Assembly (NCBI GenBank): GCA_039028615.1
Contig: JBCCHT010000008.1
Coordinates: 128,001-192,000 of the forward strand
DNA length: 64,000 bases
DNA from: Myxococcota bacterium
GTDB lineage: Bacteria; Myxococcota_A; Polyangia; Nannocystales; Nannocystaceae
Reading direction: 5' to 3'
This document shows positions 48,675-57,521 of the stretch, in pieces. How positions within the stretch are numbered: the stretch's first letter is position 1; each line of letters starts with the position of its first letter. The notes under the pieces were generated by a model. That model did not search any database and was not told the origin of the DNA. It was given only the letters and a program-made list of their open reading frames with translations. The position numbers and the translations under genes are program-made.

Positions 48675-50483
48675 TCATCCTTCGAGTTCAGCCTTCGTGA
48701 TTCGGCGAGCAACGGCTGCTTTCGAAATCGACTGAAAACCGCCGAACACAGGAAACGAAGCGTAGCCATCATCCGACCTACCGTCGGATGACCACTCCGG
48801 TCCGTGTTTGATCGATAGGCTCAGCACACCGCCGACGGCGTCGTCTCCGATCGCGAGTTCCCGCTCGCCGAAGTGAACGTCGTGCCACAAGGCGATGACC
48901 CCGGACATGTCCCGTTCGGTTTCGACGTTGCCTCGAGTCAGCCTCGACATGCCGAGACTGGTGAGCGTGAGAACCGAGCTTCCCGGGTCGTCGGACAAAA
49001 CCGACGCGTAGCGAGCCGACCAGCGACTACGAAGTTGTGGCCCATCCATGAGCAACGCGAACACCAGGTGTGGGCCCACCGCACGGACGATCTCCGTCAC
49101 ATCGTCCTGCCGAGCCAGATCCTCGCAGATCAGAACACAAAATGTCAGAGATGGACTGGGGCTAAAGAAGGTCAGTCGGCGGCTCTTGAAGTCGTTGTAC
49201 TCCCAGCAATCCTTGGTCGAAGGAAGCCGCCCTCCCAGACCGTATGCGAGGATCTGACTTCGATCGAGGCACCATCGATGTCGCTTATTCTGGAAGAAGT
49301 TCGGCGCACACCCGAAGTTGATCGCGGCCGCGTTTTGTGTCGCCAGAGGATCCTTCTCGTTATAGCCGTGGACCCCGGAGATGAGCAGCAACTTCTTCTC
49401 GCGCGCCACTTCGAACGCCAAGTCGAACTCGCCCGCTGACAACGCGAGTTCTGGGAACACGACGCCGTCGAGCTTGCCGCAGGCGGAGCGCGCTTCTTCG
49501 ATCGATTGTTCGAGCGCAATGCGGAAGTCCTCTTCCTCGGTAAGACCCGCCAAGGGCCCTTTCCGATCGAACTCGAAATACCGGAAGCGCTCGGGCAGCC
49601 CGACGCTCTCTTTGTCGAGCGTACGAAAATCAGTCGGGTGCAGAGTCAAGGGCCACGGCAACAACAATAGGTTCATGACCGTGCGGTCGGCGAAGAGTGG
49701 ACCCGCACCACCCGGCGGCTGTGGCGTCCACAGCGTCGCGATCTCGCGGGAGCGGCAGAGCGCGAGGTTGTGGGACAACGATCGAAGCGTGAGGCCCCGC
49801 TGCGGGATATGTTGTTTGGGCAATACGACCACTCGATCCGTGGGCACTGCTCCGCATAGCGAATGCGCTTCGCCCTCCGGTCGGTGCACCCCGACCAGCA
49901 ACGCAATGACGAATTTCTGAAGGTCACCGAGTTCTTCATCCTCCAGCGCAACAAGGCCACGACCGTCATGGACATGTCTTCCATCGTGAAAGTAGCCCCC
50001 GATCCCGAAGCCGGCCGAGGCCTGGTCCGCGATGGCACATAGCTGCACGAGGCAATCCGCAACTTCGGGATCGCCTTCGGAGACAGGCAAAACCTTCTTC
50101 ACCGCCAGGGTCCGGTGCTTCATCAACGTCTGCCATCTCGCCTCTACGGCCGCGGGCAGACAGTCATCGAAGGTCTCCAGCTTGATGATGGGTGCCGACT
50201 CGGCTCGGTCACACAAGTCCAAGTGCCACCCATTGCCGACACGCGCAGCGTATTTCGGCCACGAGATCATGGGTGGCGCCTCCCCTTCCGCGACCGTCAC
50301 CTCGTCATCGGGCAGATCGAGCTGACAAACCTCGATGCTCCTCAGATAGGCACCACTGGCCGCGAGCAGGCTCGCCGTGATGGCGAACAGATCTGGAGGC
50401 CAACTCGGACAAACATGAGGGGAAAAGCCTGGGAAGAGACTACGAATGAGTTCTTCGATCGTCTGGTGAGGATCGTCGGACAT
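48675..50483 (-). CDS. Large protein with C-terminal carbon-nitrogen hydrolase (nitrilase) fold
   Basis: VVFPELAL (Glu), QNKRH (Lys), VLICEDLAR (Cys) triad; long N-terminal extension beginning WPPDLFA; ATG 50483 (alt TTG 50516). Confidence 0.75.
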   Translation of the reverse strand: MSDDPHQTIEELIRSLFPGFSPHVCPSWPPDLFAITASLLAASGAYLRSIEVCQLDLPDDEVTVAEGEAPPMISWPKYAARVGNGWHLDLCDRAESAPIIKLETFDDCLPAAVEARWQTLMKHRTLAVKKVLPVSEGDPEVADCLVQLCAIADQASAGFGIGGYFHDGRHVHDGRGLVALEDEELGDLQKFVIALLVGVHRPEGEAHSLCGAVPTDRVVVLPKQHIPQRGLTLRSLSHNLALCRSREIATLWTPQPPGGAGPLFADRTVMNLLLLPWPLTLHPTDFRTLDKESVGLPERFRYFEFDRKGPLAGLTEEEDFRIALEQSIEEARSACGKLDGVVFPELALSAGEFDLAFEVAREKKLLLISGVHGYNEKDPLATQNAAAINFGCAPNFFQNKRHRWCLDRSQILAYGLGGRLPSTKDCWEYNDFKSRRLTFFSPSPSLTFCVLICEDLARQDDVTEIVRAVGPHLVFALLMDGPQLRSRWSARYASVLSDDPGSSVLTLTSLGMSRLTRGNVETERDMSGVIALWHDVHFGERELAIGDDAVGGVLSLSIKHGPEWSSDGRSDDGYASFPVFGGFQSISKAAVARRITKAELEG

Positions 50484-50493
50484 CGTGATGACT

Positions 50494-50538
50494 TTAGCAC
50501 TGAGACCATTGCTCAAAGCATGGACCCTTTAGTGCCAA
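50494..50538. promoter_or_regulatory. Imperfect long inverted repeat upstream of the nitrilase-like gene
   Basis: TTAGCACT...AGTGCCAA outer arms with inner pairing (ACCATTGCT-CAA-AGCATGGAC). Confidence 0.4.
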
Positions 50539-50557
50539 TGAGTGCGACCACGAATCT

Positions 50558-51841
50558 CTACTCGAAGACCAGCGGGTGCGTGCCGAGCAGCGCCGCGGTG
50601 GGCTCGTTGAGCACCTTCGCATCACCGCTGAGCACCAGCCGCCCTTCGGCATCGATCCGTCGCTCCACCGTCCAGCGGGTCGTGTCCATCCCCTCGCTCG
50701 TGCTTCGTTGGGACTCCGACGCCCGCGGCAACGCGCCCGTGCAGCGCACCACCCCGGAGGCGCCCAGGCCACACAGGAACTCGACCCGGTCGATCTCCGC
50801 CCCCTGCTCCACGCCGGCCTCCTCCTCGGACCATCGCGTCTCGATCTCGAGGACCACTTCAGCGTCTCCGCCACCGACCAACTCCTCGATGGCGGCGGAG
50901 AGCCGGGTCGCTCGCTCCTGGGTCTCGGGCAAGTCACGCGCCAGCGAGGCGACGTCGGGCAGGACCCACCAGCCCTCGGCCGTCCGCAACGCGGCATGAA
51001 AGCGCACCGCATAGGGGTCGGGCCGGGTCTCGATGAAGCGCAGCGCCTTCCACGGCGCGCTCACCCGACCCCGGCCCGGCACCTGCACCGCCTTGCCGCC
51101 GATGCCCTTGGCCGCGTCGGGGACACAGCCGAAGGCGGCCTCGTCCTCCTCGCCGAGCATGCGCCGCTCCTGCGCACAGAAGCTGGCCACGCTGTCATAG
51201 GGACCCTGCAAGCGCTGGATGCTGGGGCCGAACACGTAGCGGGTCCCGTCGGGCAGGCCCATCAGGTGCCGATAGGCCGCGGGGTGCGGGCGCAGCCGCA
51301 GGGACTCCTGGTAGGCCAACAGCGCGTCCTTGGGCCGCGACTGCGCCTCGGCCACCCGCCCCAGGTTGTACAGGATGGAGGCATGGAGCCGTCGCTGGCC
51401 TCGCGCCCCTCGCTCGGCCTCCTCGAGGGCGCGCTGGGCCTCGTCGAGCCGACCGGCGAACAACGCGGCCCAGCCCTGCTCACTCAGCGTCCGCGGATCG
51501 CCCGGGGCCACCTTCAGCGCGCGGGCAAACGCGTGGAAGGCCGCGAGGTAGTCGCCGTCGCGATGCAGCCGTCGGCCCTCGGCGACCGCATTGAGGTGGG
51601 CACGGCGCTCGGTGGGGCTCAGCGCTTCGACCGACTTGGACGGCGTGTCCTCGATCGACGGGTCCGTCGGCTCGGGCGGGAGCTCGGGCTCGGGCCGGGC
51701 CGCGGGCTCCGGGGCGGGCTTGGCCTCGGGCTCGGGCCGGGCGGGACGCGGGCGCGGCCGGGACTCCGCCTCACAGCCGAGACCGCCTCCTTCCGCCAGC
51801 AACAGCGCCCCCAGCAGCGCAACCCCGCAAAGCCCCCGCAT
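50558..51841 (-). CDS. TPR-containing probable lipoprotein
   Basis: AAGGGGGGAG RBS; GLGC; Pro-rich linker; GRRLH..GDY..A..RAL, LSEQGWAA, ILYNLGRV TPRs. Confidence 0.85.
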   Translation of the reverse strand: MRGLCGVALLGALLLAEGGGLGCEAESRPRPRPARPEPEAKPAPEPAARPEPELPPEPTDPSIEDTPSKSVEALSPTERRAHLNAVAEGRRLHRDGDYLAAFHAFARALKVAPGDPRTLSEQGWAALFAGRLDEAQRALEEAERGARGQRRLHASILYNLGRVAEAQSRPKDALLAYQESLRLRPHPAAYRHLMGLPDGTRYVFGPSIQRLQGPYDSVASFCAQERRMLGEEDEAAFGCVPDAAKGIGGKAVQVPGRGRVSAPWKALRFIETRPDPYAVRFHAALRTAEGWWVLPDVASLARDLPETQERATRLSAAIEELVGGGDAEVVLEIETRWSEEEAGVEQGAEIDRVEFLCGLGASGVVRCTGALPRASESQRSTSEGMDTTRWTVERRIDAEGRLVLSGDAKVLNEPTAALLGTHPLVFE

Positions 51842-51923
51842 GCTCCCCCCCTTCGTTTCACGATCGATCGGCGGACGCAAGCCCGGGCGAAGCTCGGGGC
51901 CAAGGCGAGGTAGCATCCCCGGG

Positions 51924-52907
51924 ATGGCTGCGTCCCCGCCCCGGCAAGAGCCGGACATGCCCGACCTCGACGGCTGGGGGCGCTCGAATCGACTTTGGCT
52001 GACCGTCTCGTTGAGCATGGTGGTCCTGCTGGGAGTCGCGGCGTGGCTCGTGGCCTTCGATACGGACCAACCCCTCCCGCCCTTCCTGCGACCGGGAGGA
52101 AAAGAGGTCACTGAAGCGTCACCCGCCGTCGCGACCACCGATGGGCTGCGCCTGGCCGGCTCGGGCTCCAACCTCCCCATGGCCCGGGCGCTGAGCGCCG
52201 CGTTTCCGCGGGACGAGTCGCACCACCCCGTGGTCCACGCGAGCATCGGCTCGGGCGGCGGGGTGCGGGCCCTGCTCGACGGGGTCATCGACATCGCCCT
52301 GGTCTCGCGCCCCCTCCGCGAACACGAGCGCGAGCAGGGCCTCGTGGCGACCCCCTACGCCCGCGTCCCCATCGTGGTGGCGGCGCACGCCAGCGTGCCC
52401 ATCGACGACCTCGCCCGCGAGGACCTGGTCGCGCTGTACGAAGGGCGCCAGCGCACCTGGCCCAATGGCGCTCGCGTGGTCGTCCTCCAACGCGAGCGCG
52501 GAGACTCGTCGCATGTCGGCGTCTCGCGGGTGCTGCCGAGCTTCGACGACGCCAACGAGGTGGCCTATCGCGAGTCCCGCTGGCGCGTGCTGTACCGCGA
52601 CGACGCCATGCGCGAGGCCCTGGCCGATACGCGGGGGGCAATCGGGCTGTTCGGACAGGGCAAGATCCCCGAGGGGCTGCCCATCCACGGCCTGACGATC
52701 GAAGGGGTGATGCCGTCGCCCGCCACCATCGAAAACGGAGACTATCCCTTCACCAAGGACTTCGCGTTCGTGACCCGGGGTACGCCGCGGGGTGAGACCG
52801 CCGCCTTCATCGAGTTCGCACGCTCCCCCGAGGGGCGGCGGATCATCCTCGAGCTGGGCGGACTACCCCTGCAGGGTCGCCGAAACGCCGCCACGGAGGA
52901 GCGCTGA
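51924..52907 (+). CDS. PstS-like (PBP type 2) substrate-binding protein, membrane anchored
   Basis: LAGSGSN, SIGSGGGVRAL..DIALVSR, QRERGDSS, GDYPFTKDF; N-terminal TM; no permease genes adjacent. Confidence 0.85.
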   Translation: MAASPPRQEPDMPDLDGWGRSNRLWLTVSLSMVVLLGVAAWLVAFDTDQPLPPFLRPGGKEVTEASPAVATTDGLRLAGSGSNLPMARALSAAFPRDESHHPVVHASIGSGGGVRALLDGVIDIALVSRPLREHEREQGLVATPYARVPIVVAAHASVPIDDLAREDLVALYEGRQRTWPNGARVVVLQRERGDSSHVGVSRVLPSFDDANEVAYRESRWRVLYRDDAMREALADTRGAIGLFGQGKIPEGLPIHGLTIEGVMPSPATIENGDYPFTKDFAFVTRGTPRGETAAFIEFARSPEGRRIILELGGLPLQGRRNAATEER

Positions 52908-52909
52908 GC

Positions 52910-54265
52910 GTGGACACCCCCCCGGTCCACAGCCCCCGCCTGCGCCTGCGCGGCTACCTCGGCTCGCGTCTCGGTCCCCTGGCCATGCTGCTGATCGCGG
53001 TGGTCGCGATCTCGGCCCCCGTGGCGTTCTACGTGCTGGGCAACCGCGCCGCGCGGGTCCAGGCCCGAGCCACCGCCGAGCAGTTCGCCGCCGTCGTGCG
53101 CCGCGAAGCCGAGCAGCGACCGCTTCTGTGGAAGTACGACTCGCCCAAGATGCTCGCCCACCTGCGGACCTACGACGACCCGCAGGAGCACATCGAGCAC
53201 ATCGCGGTCATCGACGCCCAGGGCCACAGCATCGACCGAGACGCCCAGGACCACAGCGCCCTGGCCGAGCGCGCCATCGTATGGGAGTCGGCCCGGGTCA
53301 CCGTCAACAACGAGGAGGTCGCCACCGTCTGGGTCGCGGCCTCCACGGCCGAGGTGCGTACGGGCGCCCTCCAGATGCTCGCCGTGTTCGGGCTCATCGG
53401 GGCCGCCCTCGCCGGGCTCATGTACTGGCTGCCCCTGCGCGCCATGGGTCGCATCGAGCACGAGATCGAGGCCTTGCTCGATCAGCTCCGCGAGTCGCGG
53501 GGCGCCCTGTCCACGCTCGCCGAGAACCTCGAGCACCAGGTCGAGGCCCGGTCCTCCGACCTGTCCCGCGCCCTGGCCGAGCTCAAGGACAAGGAGCAGA
53601 ACCTCCGCGAGCTGTCGACGCGCGCGGTGAGCATGCAGGAGGCCGAGCGCCGCGCCATCGCCCGCGAGCTGCACGACTCGGCCGGGCAATCGCTCACCGC
53701 CATTCGCATCCACCTCCAGCTCATGGAGGGGCTCTCCGGTCAGGCCCGCGACAACGAGGGCGCCGCCGGCCGCCTGGGACAGATCGCCGCCCGCACCACG
53801 GGGATGGTCGACGACACGCTCGAGGAGATCCGCCGCGCGGTCAATACCCTCGGTCCCGCCGTGCTCGACGACGTCGGCCTGGCCGAAGCGGTCGAGCGTG
53901 CCTGCCTCGACCTATCCGAGAACCTCGAGATCGAGGTCGACAGCCACGTCGAGCTGCCCTCCACCGGGCTCGCCCCCGCCATCGAGACCTCCTGCTATCG
54001 CGTGGTGCAGGAGGCCTTCACCAACATCACCCGCCACGCCGAGCCGAGCCACGTGCAGGTCCGACTCGTCATCGGTGCGGGGACGGCGACGGTCACCATC
54101 ATCGACGACGGCAAGGGATTCGATCCCGCGGCGGCGATCCGAGCCGGGCGTAGCCGCGGCCTGGTGGGCATGCGCGAGCGCGCGGAGCTGCTCGGCGGCG
54201 AGCTACGCATCGACAGCGCCCCCGGAGAGGGTGCCACCGTCACCGCGGTCATCCCCCTGGGCTGA
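52910..54265 (+). CDS. Sensor histidine kinase (HisKA_3, NarX/UhpB type)
   Basis: Two TMs; ERRAIARELHDSAGQSL; YRVVQEAFTNITRHA, DDGKGFD, GLVGMRER. Confidence 0.93.
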   Translation: MDTPPVHSPRLRLRGYLGSRLGPLAMLLIAVVAISAPVAFYVLGNRAARVQARATAEQFAAVVRREAEQRPLLWKYDSPKMLAHLRTYDDPQEHIEHIAVIDAQGHSIDRDAQDHSALAERAIVWESARVTVNNEEVATVWVAASTAEVRTGALQMLAVFGLIGAALAGLMYWLPLRAMGRIEHEIEALLDQLRESRGALSTLAENLEHQVEARSSDLSRALAELKDKEQNLRELSTRAVSMQEAERRAIARELHDSAGQSLTAIRIHLQLMEGLSGQARDNEGAAGRLGQIAARTTGMVDDTLEEIRRAVNTLGPAVLDDVGLAEAVERACLDLSENLEIEVDSHVELPSTGLAPAIETSCYRVVQEAFTNITRHAEPSHVQVRLVIGAGTATVTIIDDGKGFDPAAAIRAGRSRGLVGMRERAELLGGELRIDSAPGEGATVTAVIPLG

Positions 54266-54298
54266 GGCTGCCCCGGCGAGCTGGCGGACGGGCTCGAA

Positions 54299-54826
54299 TC
54301 AGGCGACCTCTTCGTTGGCGCACTCGAGCATCACTTTTCGCAGCCACGCCTCGATGCGCTGGTCATTGAGCTCGGGCTGGTTGTCTTCGTCGAGCCCGAG
54401 TCCCACGAAGTGCTCATCATCGAGCAAGCCCTCGGATTCTTCGAAGTCGTAGCCTTCGGTCGGCCAGGCTCCGACCAGTAGCGGAGACCCCAAGCCCTCG
54501 AGGACCTTCCACAGCTGCCCCATGGCATCCAGGAAGTTGTACGGATAGCCGACGGCGTCTCCCATCGCGAAGATCGCGATCTTCTTGCCGGACAGGTCCA
54601 GGCCCTTCATGCGCGGGATGAACTCGTCCCAGTCGTCCTGCATCTCGCCGATGTTCCACGTCGAAACCCCCAGCAGCAGGATGTCGAAGGACTCCAGATC
54701 TCGGGGCTCCGCGACCGCCACGTCTTCCATATGGACGACGCCGCCCAGCCGCTCTCGTATCTTCTCCGCGGCCATCTCGGTGTTGCCAGTACAGGAGCCG
54801 TAAAAAATGCCGATGGATTGGTTCAT
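54299..54826 (-). CDS. fldA: Long-chain flavodoxin
   Basis: IFYGSCTGNTE, GVSTWNIGEMQDDW, GDAVGYPYNFLDAM, FVGLGLDEDNQPEL; GAGGT RBS. Confidence 0.92.
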   Translation of the reverse strand: MNQSIGIFYGSCTGNTEMAAEKIRERLGGVVHMEDVAVAEPRDLESFDILLLGVSTWNIGEMQDDWDEFIPRMKGLDLSGKKIAIFAMGDAVGYPYNFLDAMGQLWKVLEGLGSPLLVGAWPTEGYDFEESEGLLDDEHFVGLGLDEDNQPELNDQRIEAWLRKVMLECANEEVA

Positions 54827-54852
54827 GGATGAGACCTCGGAGTGATTAATTA

Positions 54853-54874
54853 TGAAATCAATTTTCAATTTCAA
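54853..54874 (-). promoter_or_regulatory. Putative Fur box upstream of flavodoxin
   Basis: TTGAAATTGAAAATTGATTTCA (minus strand), AT-rich, close to the 7-1-7 Fur consensus TGATAAT-N-ATTATCA. Confidence 0.65.
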
Positions 54875-55029
54875 GATATTTTCGAAGCCAGCCATGTGAC
54901 TTCATCGACGACCCGGAGGGCGAGGGTGCCGCGCGAGTCGACGCTCGCCCACAGATGCCGACGAGTGCCAGCGCCCCGGGCCCTCGTATTGGCGGATCCC
55001 GGCCCGGCGTGGGTCCGATCACCGGGCGG

Positions 55030-55764
55030 TCAAGCGACCAGCGCACTACGAACGAGCCGCCGACCGGTCTTGCGGTAGGCGCTCCAGTAGGGCTTGACCC
55101 GCAGGGCGCCCGGGGCAATCCCGCGCGACATCAGGGCGTGGCGCAGCTCGAGCACGGAGTTCGCCTCACCGGAGAGCCAGACGATCCCGTCTCCCGGCGG
55201 GAAGCTCTGGTAGTCGAGCCAGTCGACCAGGGCCTCACCGTGCACACGGCCTCGCGCGATCGCGTCCAGGGGCAGACCCATCGCGGCCGCGGCCTTCAGA
55301 TCCTCTCGTGCGAGCTCTACGGCGCCGAATATGTGGGTTTCAGGGTCTGCCCCCTCGATCAGCGCCTGCCCCAGACCGAGCGCCGTCTCGTCACCGAAGA
55401 ACAACGCCCAAGGGGGTGGCGGACCGAATTCGATCGGCATGCTGTGCGCCGGCCCGATGAACGAGACCGCATCTCCAGCCCGTACGCGCTCGACCCAGCG
55501 CGACCCGGGGCCGTGACCGTGCACATGGGCCACGACCTCCATCCTCCGCGCCGCAGGGTCGACTCGGGACGGGGTGTACAGCCGCATCGTGCCTCCACCG
55601 ACGTTGATCTTGATCTTGTCGCCGGGATACCAACGCATGCGCTCGATGAAATCCCCTCGCAGGTCGATCCTTCGCACACGGGGTGAAAGGACCTGCACCG
55701 CGGCGACCTCCACTTCGTTTCGGAGGACCGGTATCGCCTGACCCAGGAGCGTCTCGTTCATCAT
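55030..55764 (-). CDS. Siderophore-interacting protein (ViuB/YqjH-type FAD oxidoreductase)
   Basis: RLYTP, HGHGPGSRW, FIGP, FFGDETAL, WLSGEA, KPYW. Confidence 0.88.
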   Translation of the reverse strand: MMNETLLGQAIPVLRNEVEVAAVQVLSPRVRRIDLRGDFIERMRWYPGDKIKINVGGGTMRLYTPSRVDPAARRMEVVAHVHGHGPGSRWVERVRAGDAVSFIGPAHSMPIEFGPPPPWALFFGDETALGLGQALIEGADPETHIFGAVELAREDLKAAAAMGLPLDAIARGRVHGEALVDWLDYQSFPPGDGIVWLSGEANSVLELRHALMSRGIAPGALRVKPYWSAYRKTGRRLVRSALVA

Positions 55765-55777
55765 GATTTCGCTCTTG

Positions 55778-55799
55778 TTGAAAATGAAAATCTATATCA
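55778..55799 (+). promoter_or_regulatory. Putative Fur box upstream of the SIP gene
   Basis: TTGAAAATGAAAATCTATATCA; 18/22 identical to the reverse complement of 54853-54874. Confidence 0.65.
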
Positions 55800-55965
55800 A
55801 ATTACACGAGACGAGATTCTTGGCAAGGCCTCGACGAGGAGAAAACGACGCCGTACCGACCCTCGCCCGGCGAGGGCGGGTCGAAAGGCGGCGAGGACTC
55901 GCTCGATGGGCAACTACGGCCTGTCCGGGCCCGATTGCGGCGGCGTGCTAACCTGAGTCTCGAAC

Positions 55966-56628
55966 ATGGCAGACCCCGTTCGCGTCGTCCTGGCCGAGGA
56001 TCACACCATCGTGCGTGAGGGCTTGCGGGCCCTGCTCGACGGGCGCGACGACGTCACCGTCGTCGCCGAGGCCGACAACGGCCACGACGGGGTAGCGGCC
56101 GCAAAGCAGCACCGCCCCGACGTGGTGGTCATGGACCTCAACATGCCGCGGCTCAACGGGGTCGATGCCACCAAGGCCATCCGCGAGGCGCTGCCCGACA
56201 CCCACGTGCTCATCCTGTCGATGTACTCCACCGAGGAGCACGTGCGACCGGCGATCCGGGCGGGGGCCGAGGGCTACCTGCTCAAGGGCTCGGGCCTGTC
56301 CGATCTCGTGGCCGCCATCAAGGCGGTCGCCTCGGGCAACGCGTTCTTCAGCCCGCAGGTCGCCAAGATCGTCCTCGACGACTCGCGCCGAGCCGCCCGC
56401 ACGGGCGTCAACGAGCGCGCGGGCACCGAGCTGACCCCGCGCGAGCGACAGGTGCTCAAGCTCGTGGCCGAAGGTCACAGCAGCCCCGAGATCGCGCGCG
56501 ACCTCGACCTCAGCGTCAAGACCGTCGAGGGTCACCGCGGGCGCATCATGGCCAAGCTCGACACCCGCAACGTGGCCGGCTTGGTGCGGCACGCGATCCG
56601 CTTGGGTCTCGTCAGCGCCGACATGTAA
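55966..56628 (+). CDS. NarL/LuxR family response regulator
   Basis: LAEDH, VMDLNMP, GYLLK, LTPRERQVL..SVKTVEGHRGRIMAKL. Confidence 0.95.
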   Translation: MADPVRVVLAEDHTIVREGLRALLDGRDDVTVVAEADNGHDGVAAAKQHRPDVVVMDLNMPRLNGVDATKAIREALPDTHVLILSMYSTEEHVRPAIRAGAEGYLLKGSGLSDLVAAIKAVASGNAFFSPQVAKIVLDDSRRAARTGVNERAGTELTPRERQVLKLVAEGHSSPEIARDLDLSVKTVEGHRGRIMAKLDTRNVAGLVRHAIRLGLVSADM

Positions 56629-56636
56629 TCGAACCT

Positions 56637-56660
56637 CGAGTGGCACGACGAGTGCCCTCG
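56637..56660 (+). promoter_or_regulatory. Hairpin that also matches a sigma54 -24/-12 promoter
   Basis: CGAG-T-GGCAC-GACGA-GTGCC-CTCG; contains TGGCACG-N4-GTGC; GTGGCACGA is repeated 40 bp later. Confidence 0.35.
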
Positions 56661-56752
56661 TGTGATCGATATCCGCGCGGTGGCACGATGGGTGTCCGCC
56701 ATCCGGCCCAACGCGCTCGACAGCCCCCAACCCCTCCCCTACGCTGCTGAGG

Positions 56753-57517
56753 TTGGATGGTAGCAACGAAGCGACGCGCGAGTACCTGGGGCTCGCGCGG
56801 GCGGCCGAAGAGCAATCGCGAGCCGCGACGGTCCCGACCGAGATCCCGGTGATCGACGCGGACTCGGACGTGGTGTTCATGCAGCGCTTCGCCGACTTGG
56901 GCCGTCCCGTGCTCATCGAGCTGCCCGTCCCGGAGCATCCGTGGACCCTCGAGCGATTCGTGGCCGAGCGCGGCGAGCAACCGGTCGTGGTGCGCAAGGG
57001 CGAGGACTACGACGCCATGAAGCTGGCGCAGACCCGCGCCCACACCTATCTCGACCCTTCTCGCTCGACCTCGTTCTACGCCGCTCGCAACCCCCTGCCG
57101 CCACAGATCGACCAGCAGACGCCGCGCCCGCCCTACCTTCGCGCACGACAGCACCCACAGCTGATGCACCTGTGGATCGGTCGTGAAGGCACGGGCACGC
57201 GCCTGCATCGCGACCTGCTCGACAATTTCGTGCACGTGCTCGACGGCACCAAGCACGTCCAGCTCGTCGCCCCCCACCATGCCGACGTACTCGACATCTG
57301 GCAGGTCGAGCCCGCGCTGCAGAGCTCGCGCGTCGACCTGGACGCGCTCGAGCCCGACGCTCGAGCCGAGCTGGGCGTCCAGGCCGTGCGGGTGCGCCCA
57401 CACCAGATGCTGTTCATTCCCTGCGGATGGTTTCACCAAGTCCGCAACGAGACCGCGACCCTGGCGATCACCTGTTTTTTGGCGGGCTTCCCCGCGTGGT
57501 TTCGCCCCCCTCGCTGA
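56753..57517 (+). CDS. JmjC/cupin-8 Fe(II)/2OG dioxygenase (FIH/JMJD5-like)
   Basis: LWIG..TRLHRD..DN..GTKHVQL..LFIPCGWFHQV (HxD...H); start uncertain. Confidence 0.88.
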   Translation: MDGSNEATREYLGLARAAEEQSRAATVPTEIPVIDADSDVVFMQRFADLGRPVLIELPVPEHPWTLERFVAERGEQPVVVRKGEDYDAMKLAQTRAHTYLDPSRSTSFYAARNPLPPQIDQQTPRPPYLRARQHPQLMHLWIGREGTGTRLHRDLLDNFVHVLDGTKHVQLVAPHHADVLDIWQVEPALQSSRVDLDALEPDARAELGVQAVRVRPHQMLFIPCGWFHQVRNETATLAITCFLAGFPAWFRPPR

Positions 57518-57521
57518 GACG

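Larger units (their letters stand above)
47292..50557. other. Lower-GC islet, probably horizontally acquired or decaying
   Basis: Hand counts of lines 48721 (30/60 GC) and 49261 (33/60) are well below the flanking genes; many A/T-ending codons; no integrase or transposase seen. Confidence 0.6.

Noticed and set aside
50494..50538. CIRCE (HrcA) element
   Set aside because: Arms resemble TTAGCACT but are 29 nt apart rather than the short fixed CIRCE spacing, and no chaperone gene follows
47292..50557. Prophage, IS, or retron/DRT element
   Set aside because: No integrase, transposase or reverse transcriptase ORF and no terminal repeats found; only composition supports foreign origin
54272..55874. 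CCCGGCGAG at 54272 and 55866 as a target-site duplication around fldA-SIP
   Set aside because: A 9-bp GC-rich match is expected by chance here, and no mobility gene is present
56681..56695. Second sigma54 promoter (TGGCACGATGGGTGT)
   Set aside because: Lacks the conserved -12 GC
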